Assembly (NCBI GenBank): GCA_963667015.2
Contig: CAXXJJ010000004.1
Coordinates: 160,001 to 224,000, forward strand
Length of the DNA stretch: 64,000 nt
Source: Desulfatiglandales bacterium
Lineage (GTDB): Bacteria > Desulfobacterota > DSM-4660 > Desulfatiglandales > HGW-15
Direction of reading: 5' to 3'
Each line of letters begins with the position of its first letter. The first letter of the stretch is position 1. Shown piece by piece: positions 59,832-64,000 of this stretch. A program made the position numbers and the translations under genes. The notes under the pieces were generated by a model. That model worked only from the letters and a program-made list of their open reading frames with translations, ran no database searches and was not told the origin of the DNA.

Positions 59832-60698
59832 ATGTTTGTTTTAAATATCGTAGTCTCTTTTGTAGCAGTATTTGTCCTACAAATGGTTTTTGCCGATAAC
59901 GCCTTTGCATGGGGCCCTGCCATACATACTGTTATCTCATGTTCAATACTTGATGGCGTAGGCAGTATTATGCCTGATATTGCAGGAATTCTAAAACAGT
60001 ATCCCCTTGAATATATTTATGGGAATCTTGCTGCAGATTTTTTCATCGGCAAGGGAAATAAAAGAAAAGAAGGCCACTCACACAACTGGGAAGCAGGCTT
60101 TACTATACTTGGTGAGGCGGAAAGCGAAAAAGAAGCTTCATATGCTTACGGTTTTTTATCTCATCTGGCCGCTGATGTTGTAGCCCATAACTACTTTGTC
60201 CCTGATCTTATCTACAGATTTATCATGCTTAAAAAGCTGGGGCATTTTTATTCCGAGGCAGTGGCAGACAAGGCCGCCGGATCATTTTATCTCAGGATGG
60301 CGGCAGATATACTATCGAGTAAAGATCTCGATTGCGATAAAATGCTCAAGTCGGCTGTGCTTGCAAACAGCAACGGTCTGAAGGCAAAGAGACACATATT
60401 TGCCCGGTCCGTCAAAATGTCCGACTATCTTTATGACTCACCGCAATTTACCTTTATGTACAACCAGTTACGTTACAAGATACCCGCTGATTATATTGAA
60501 TCAATGATCAATCTTTCCTATCGCCTGGTAAAAGACCTGTTATCCAACACCGGTTCATCAAAATGTCTTTCACATGATCCTATCGGGGAAGACAACCTGA
60601 GAAGGGCGAGCCAGAACGGGTTAATGTCCCGTATTCGAAACTCCAGAAGGTTTGTAAGTAAATTTCCTGTTGACAAGGAGCTCCTTGAATTAGCATAA
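59832..60698 (+). CDS. Zinc-dependent phospholipase C family protein
   Basis: Signal-like N-terminus then AWGP.IH, YGNL.AD, SHNW, YG.LSHL.AD.VAHN, H.Y.E. Confidence 0.85.
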   Translation: MFVLNIVVSFVAVFVLQMVFADNAFAWGPAIHTVISCSILDGVGSIMPDIAGILKQYPLEYIYGNLAADFFIGKGNKRKEGHSHNWEAGFTILGEAESEKEASYAYGFLSHLAADVVAHNYFVPDLIYRFIMLKKLGHFYSEAVADKAAGSFYLRMAADILSSKDLDCDKMLKSAVLANSNGLKAKRHIFARSVKMSDYLYDSPQFTFMYNQLRYKIPADYIESMINLSYRLVKDLLSNTGSSKCLSHDPIGEDNLRRASQNGLMSRIRNSRRFVSKFPVDKELLELA

Positions 60699-60705
60699 CC
60701 TCTCT

Positions 60706-62571
60706 ATGAGCAAAATAAAAATACTTCCTGAAAATGTTGCCAACCAGATTGCTGCAGGTGAGGTGATTGAGAGACCTGCGTCTGTCGTAAGAGAGCTTCT
60801 TGATAACAGCATCGATTCCGGGGCTGACAGGATCAGTATCCGGATAGAAGAGGGCGGCAAACAGCTTATAAGGGTCAGTGATAACGGTTCCGGTATGGAC
60901 AGGGAGGATATGCTTCTTGCCCTTGAAAGACATGCCACCAGTAAGATCTCATCAGTATCTGATATATTCTCCATAAAAACCCTCGGGTTCAGAGGTGAAG
61001 CCCTTCCAAGTATATGTTCGGTATCCAGGATGGAGATTATTACCCGCACCTCTGATCAGATATCCGCATTCAGGATGAGGGCTTCAGGGGGAGTAATTGA
61101 ATCTGTTGACGAAACAGGTGCTCCTGAGGGGACATCCGTTGAGGTGAGAGACCTTTATTTTAATACACCTGCCAGAAAAAAATTTTTAAAGGCACTTAGA
61201 ACCGAAACAGGGCAGATCGTTGATACTGTTTCAAGGATAGCATTGCCCTTTACGGGTATCTCTATAAAATTACTCGATAATTCAACAGGTAAGACACTAC
61301 TGAACCTGCCTTCTGCGGACAATGAACTTAACAGGCTGACAGCACTTCTGGGAAAGGATATAGCTGTATCTCTTCTGGATGCCCACTTTGAACAGGAAGG
61401 TCTTAAAATAAGGGCCTATCTTGCGCCCCCTGAACTGAGCAGAACAAGGGGCGACCGCATGTTTGTTTATGTAAATAACCGAAATATAAGGGATAAGCTG
61501 TTTATAGGTGCAGTTACAAGAGGGTATGGCCAGAGACTTATGAAGGGGCGTTATCCGCAGGTAGTCCTTTTTATGGATGTTGACCCTGCAATCGTGGATA
61601 TAAATGTCCATCCTGCCAAACAGGAAGTACGTTTTGAGGACAGCGGATTCATATATAAAAGTATTGCATCAACCATTGCCATGGCTCTTGGAGATCAGCT
61701 TAATCCTTTTTCATTTCCGGGCGAAAACAGACCTGATGAACCGGTTATAAAGCCTTCATATACGGAGACCAGCAATAAGATGCCGGCCTGGGAATACGTT
61801 CCCGGTGAAACAGGGGTAAAGGTGCAGTCTGAAATAAAGGAATCCGCTTTTAAGGAGCAGAACACTCTTTTTGATAGAAATGAAAGACCATACAAACCTG
61901 AAGATGAACCCGATCTGATATTTTCCCGGTCCAGAGAGACGAATGACCTCCCTCAGGAAACCCCGGAGCCAGCAGAAAAGGAGTTTTCTCCAAGGGAGAT
62001 CCCCCAGGTGATTGGTCAGCTGAAGGGCACTTATCTTCTGTTTCAGGAACGTAACGGATTGTTGATGATTGATCAGCATGCTGCCCATGAAAGGGTTGTG
62101 TATGAAACCCTTAAGGCCAAATATGCCGCTTCAAAGATTGAAAGCCAGAGTTTTTTACTGCCGGTTGATTTTGAATTATCCTTAAAGGATGCCAGGGTGC
62201 TTGATACAAAACTTGAGCAGCTTCAAAAACTGGGTTTTGAAATAGAAAATTTCGGTGGAAACAGCTTTTTAATTAGGTCTGTTCCGGCCATACTGGTAAA
62301 CTCTGACTGGGAGAGCTTTTTGAGGGATCTTATTCCTGTGCTTGAGGAGGAAGATGACCTTACGAATGACAGGGCTTTGGATAAATTACTTACTGTAATG
62401 GCCTGTCACGGTGCCATAAGGGCAGGGCAGAGCATGACCAGGCAGGAAATGTCACTTCTGGTTGAACAGCTCCAGAAACTTGAACTGGCAGCAAACTGCC
62501 CTCATGGAAGACCTGTCTTAAGAAGATTCAGCTATTATGAAATAGAGAAGATGTTTAAAAGGGTCGTGTAA
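60706..62571 (+). CDS. mutL: DNA mismatch repair endonuclease MutL
   Basis: NQIAAGEVIERPASVVRELLDNS, GFRGEAL, DQHAAHERV.YE, CPHGRP. Confidence 0.98.
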   Translation: MSKIKILPENVANQIAAGEVIERPASVVRELLDNSIDSGADRISIRIEEGGKQLIRVSDNGSGMDREDMLLALERHATSKISSVSDIFSIKTLGFRGEALPSICSVSRMEIITRTSDQISAFRMRASGGVIESVDETGAPEGTSVEVRDLYFNTPARKKFLKALRTETGQIVDTVSRIALPFTGISIKLLDNSTGKTLLNLPSADNELNRLTALLGKDIAVSLLDAHFEQEGLKIRAYLAPPELSRTRGDRMFVYVNNRNIRDKLFIGAVTRGYGQRLMKGRYPQVVLFMDVDPAIVDINVHPAKQEVRFEDSGFIYKSIASTIAMALGDQLNPFSFPGENRPDEPVIKPSYTETSNKMPAWEYVPGETGVKVQSEIKESAFKEQNTLFDRNERPYKPEDEPDLIFSRSRETNDLPQETPEPAEKEFSPREIPQVIGQLKGTYLLFQERNGLLMIDQHAAHERVVYETLKAKYAASKIESQSFLLPVDFELSLKDARVLDTKLEQLQKLGFEIENFGGNSFLIRSVPAILVNSDWESFLRDLIPVLEEEDDLTNDRALDKLLTVMACHGAIRAGQSMTRQEMSLLVEQLQKLELAANCPHGRPVLRRFSYYEIEKMFKRVV

Positions 62572-62572
62572 C

Positions 62573-63493
62573 ATGCGGCCTGACAAACAGAAAATAATAA
62601 TTATAACCGGACCCACTGCAACCGGTAAAACCGATCTGGCTGTGAATCTTTCTCTGGATATGGGAGGCGAGGTCGTTAACTGTGATTCCATGCAGGTATA
62701 CAAAGGCATGGATATAGGAACAGCCAAGCCCCTGCCTGAAGAAAAAAAAGGGATTCCCCATCACCTGCTCGATGTTGTAAATCCTGATGAGGAATTCAAT
62801 GCATCCGTTTACAGAGAATATGCGGTTCCTGTTATCAAAGATATCCTTGCACGCGAGAAGATCTGTTTTGTTGTTGGCGGAACAGGGCTGTATATTAAGA
62901 GCCTGCTGGGAGGATTGTTTGAATGTCCTTCTTCCGATCCAGAGATACGGGAACAGCTTCTAATAGAATATGATAAAAAGGGGAAGGATATTTTATTTGA
63001 ACGCCTGAAAAAGCTTGATCCGGTATATGCAGACACAGTCCATCCTAATGACAGGGTAAGGATTACAAGGGCTCTTGAGGTTATCAAACTTACAGGTCAG
63101 CCATTTTCAGCGCTGGCAGCCGACCATTCATTTAAGAACCGTGATTTTAAACCGCTTAAGATATGCCTGTACCATGAGAGAGAGATCCTGTATGAACGCA
63201 TTAACTTAAGAAGTATCAGGATGTTTGAATCAGGCCTCGTTGACGAAACCCGAAAACTGCTTAAAAACGGCTATTCTCCGGACCTGAAACCAATGAAAAG
63301 TATTGGTTACAGACATGCCATTGACTATCTTGAGAACCGGATGAGTTATAATGAATCAATTGAACTTCTTCAAAGAGACACAAGGAGATATGCCAAGAGG
63401 CAGATCACCTGGTTTAAGGCAGATACTGAGATGTTATGGTTTTATCCTGATAACATAAATGAGATAACCGAAAAGGTTAAAGAATTTATTTGA
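62573..63493 (+). CDS. miaA: tRNA dimethylallyltransferase
   Basis: GPTATGKT, DSMQVY.GMDIGTAK, VGGTGLY, TRRYAKRQ.TWF. Confidence 0.97.
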   Translation: MRPDKQKIIIITGPTATGKTDLAVNLSLDMGGEVVNCDSMQVYKGMDIGTAKPLPEEKKGIPHHLLDVVNPDEEFNASVYREYAVPVIKDILAREKICFVVGGTGLYIKSLLGGLFECPSSDPEIREQLLIEYDKKGKDILFERLKKLDPVYADTVHPNDRVRITRALEVIKLTGQPFSALAADHSFKNRDFKPLKICLYHEREILYERINLRSIRMFESGLVDETRKLLKNGYSPDLKPMKSIGYRHAIDYLENRMSYNESIELLQRDTRRYAKRQITWFKADTEMLWFYPDNINEITEKVKEFI

Positions 63494-63581
63494 CTGATTT
63501 AAGCCTTTGGGTGATTATTGCAGTCTTTATTTTAATAAATTAATTAATGAGTTTCCTAATAAAATCTTAAAAGAAAAAACC

Positions 63582-64000
63582 ATGAAAAATATGAAAAAAA
63601 TAAGCTTCCGGGCAAGTATATTTATCTGTTTGTGCTTTCTAATATTTCCAGCCTTAGAGACATATGCTAAAGATAATGACGGTGAAATTCTGGTAATAGG
63701 CTCCGCTGCAATAAAAAATGAAAATCGTGCAGAAGCGCGTAAACTTGCCATTTCCGATGCTCATATCAAGGGGATAGAGACATATCTTGTAAAAATCCTT
63801 GGTCGTCAGGGCATGATCAATAATTTTGAAAATATTATTAATGAGGTTATACCTGGCTCAGGTGATGTTATCGAGAATTATGATATACGGGCAGAGACCA
63901 GCAACAGCAAAATATATAAACTGCTGGTAAGCATTAAAGTAAATGAAAAATTAATGGATGAAAGACTCAGAAACTCCGGTATAATTTTATACGAAGGTTC
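63582..64000 (+). CDS. Exported protein with FlgT-N-like domain (partial; runs off the window)
   Basis: Open frame from ATG 63582 to the window end: signal peptide, then V.GSA.I......AR..AI.DA. Confidence 0.6.
   Translation, partial: MKNMKKISFRASIFICLCFLIFPALETYAKDNDGEILVIGSAAIKNENRAEARKLAISDAHIKGIETYLVKILGRQGMINNFENIINEVIPGSGDVIENYDIRAETSNSKIYKLLVSIKVNEKLMDERLRNSGIILYEG

Overview
AT-rich bacterial chromosomal window whose gene content and order suggest an anaerobic Desulfobacterota (deltaproteobacterial) lineage; this is inferred from gene families, not from a search. Most of it is housekeeping: metG, uvrA, pdxA, gpmI, a 2-oxoacid:ferredoxin oxidoreductase operon, def-fmt-DUF116-rsmB-rpe, a MoxR/Bat operon, plsB, radC, mutL-miaA and four tRNAs. 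The most notable region is 8.9-15.3 kb, a compact sigma-54 signalling module. An NtrC-family response regulator is divergent from an LpxL-like acyltransferase, a soluble histidine kinase (V4R/H-NOX-like sensor plus GAF) and an atypical enolase-superfamily enzyme. The intergenic region holds three TGCACA-N6-TGTGC(A/G) enhancer-like palindromes between two divergent sigma-54-like promoters. The module ends in an unannotated candidate sRNA of about 88 nt with a canonical GG-N10-GC promoter, a hairpin exposing an anti-Shine-Dalgarno loop, and a perfect terminator. That candidate has a 13-nt perfect complement, plus SD complementarity, in the long 5' leader of a sigma-54-driven PEP-CTERM gene 39 kb away. 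Downstream of tRNA-Leu(TAA) is a decayed island with an orphan IS21-like end, and REP-like repeats flank an amidohydrolase gene further on.
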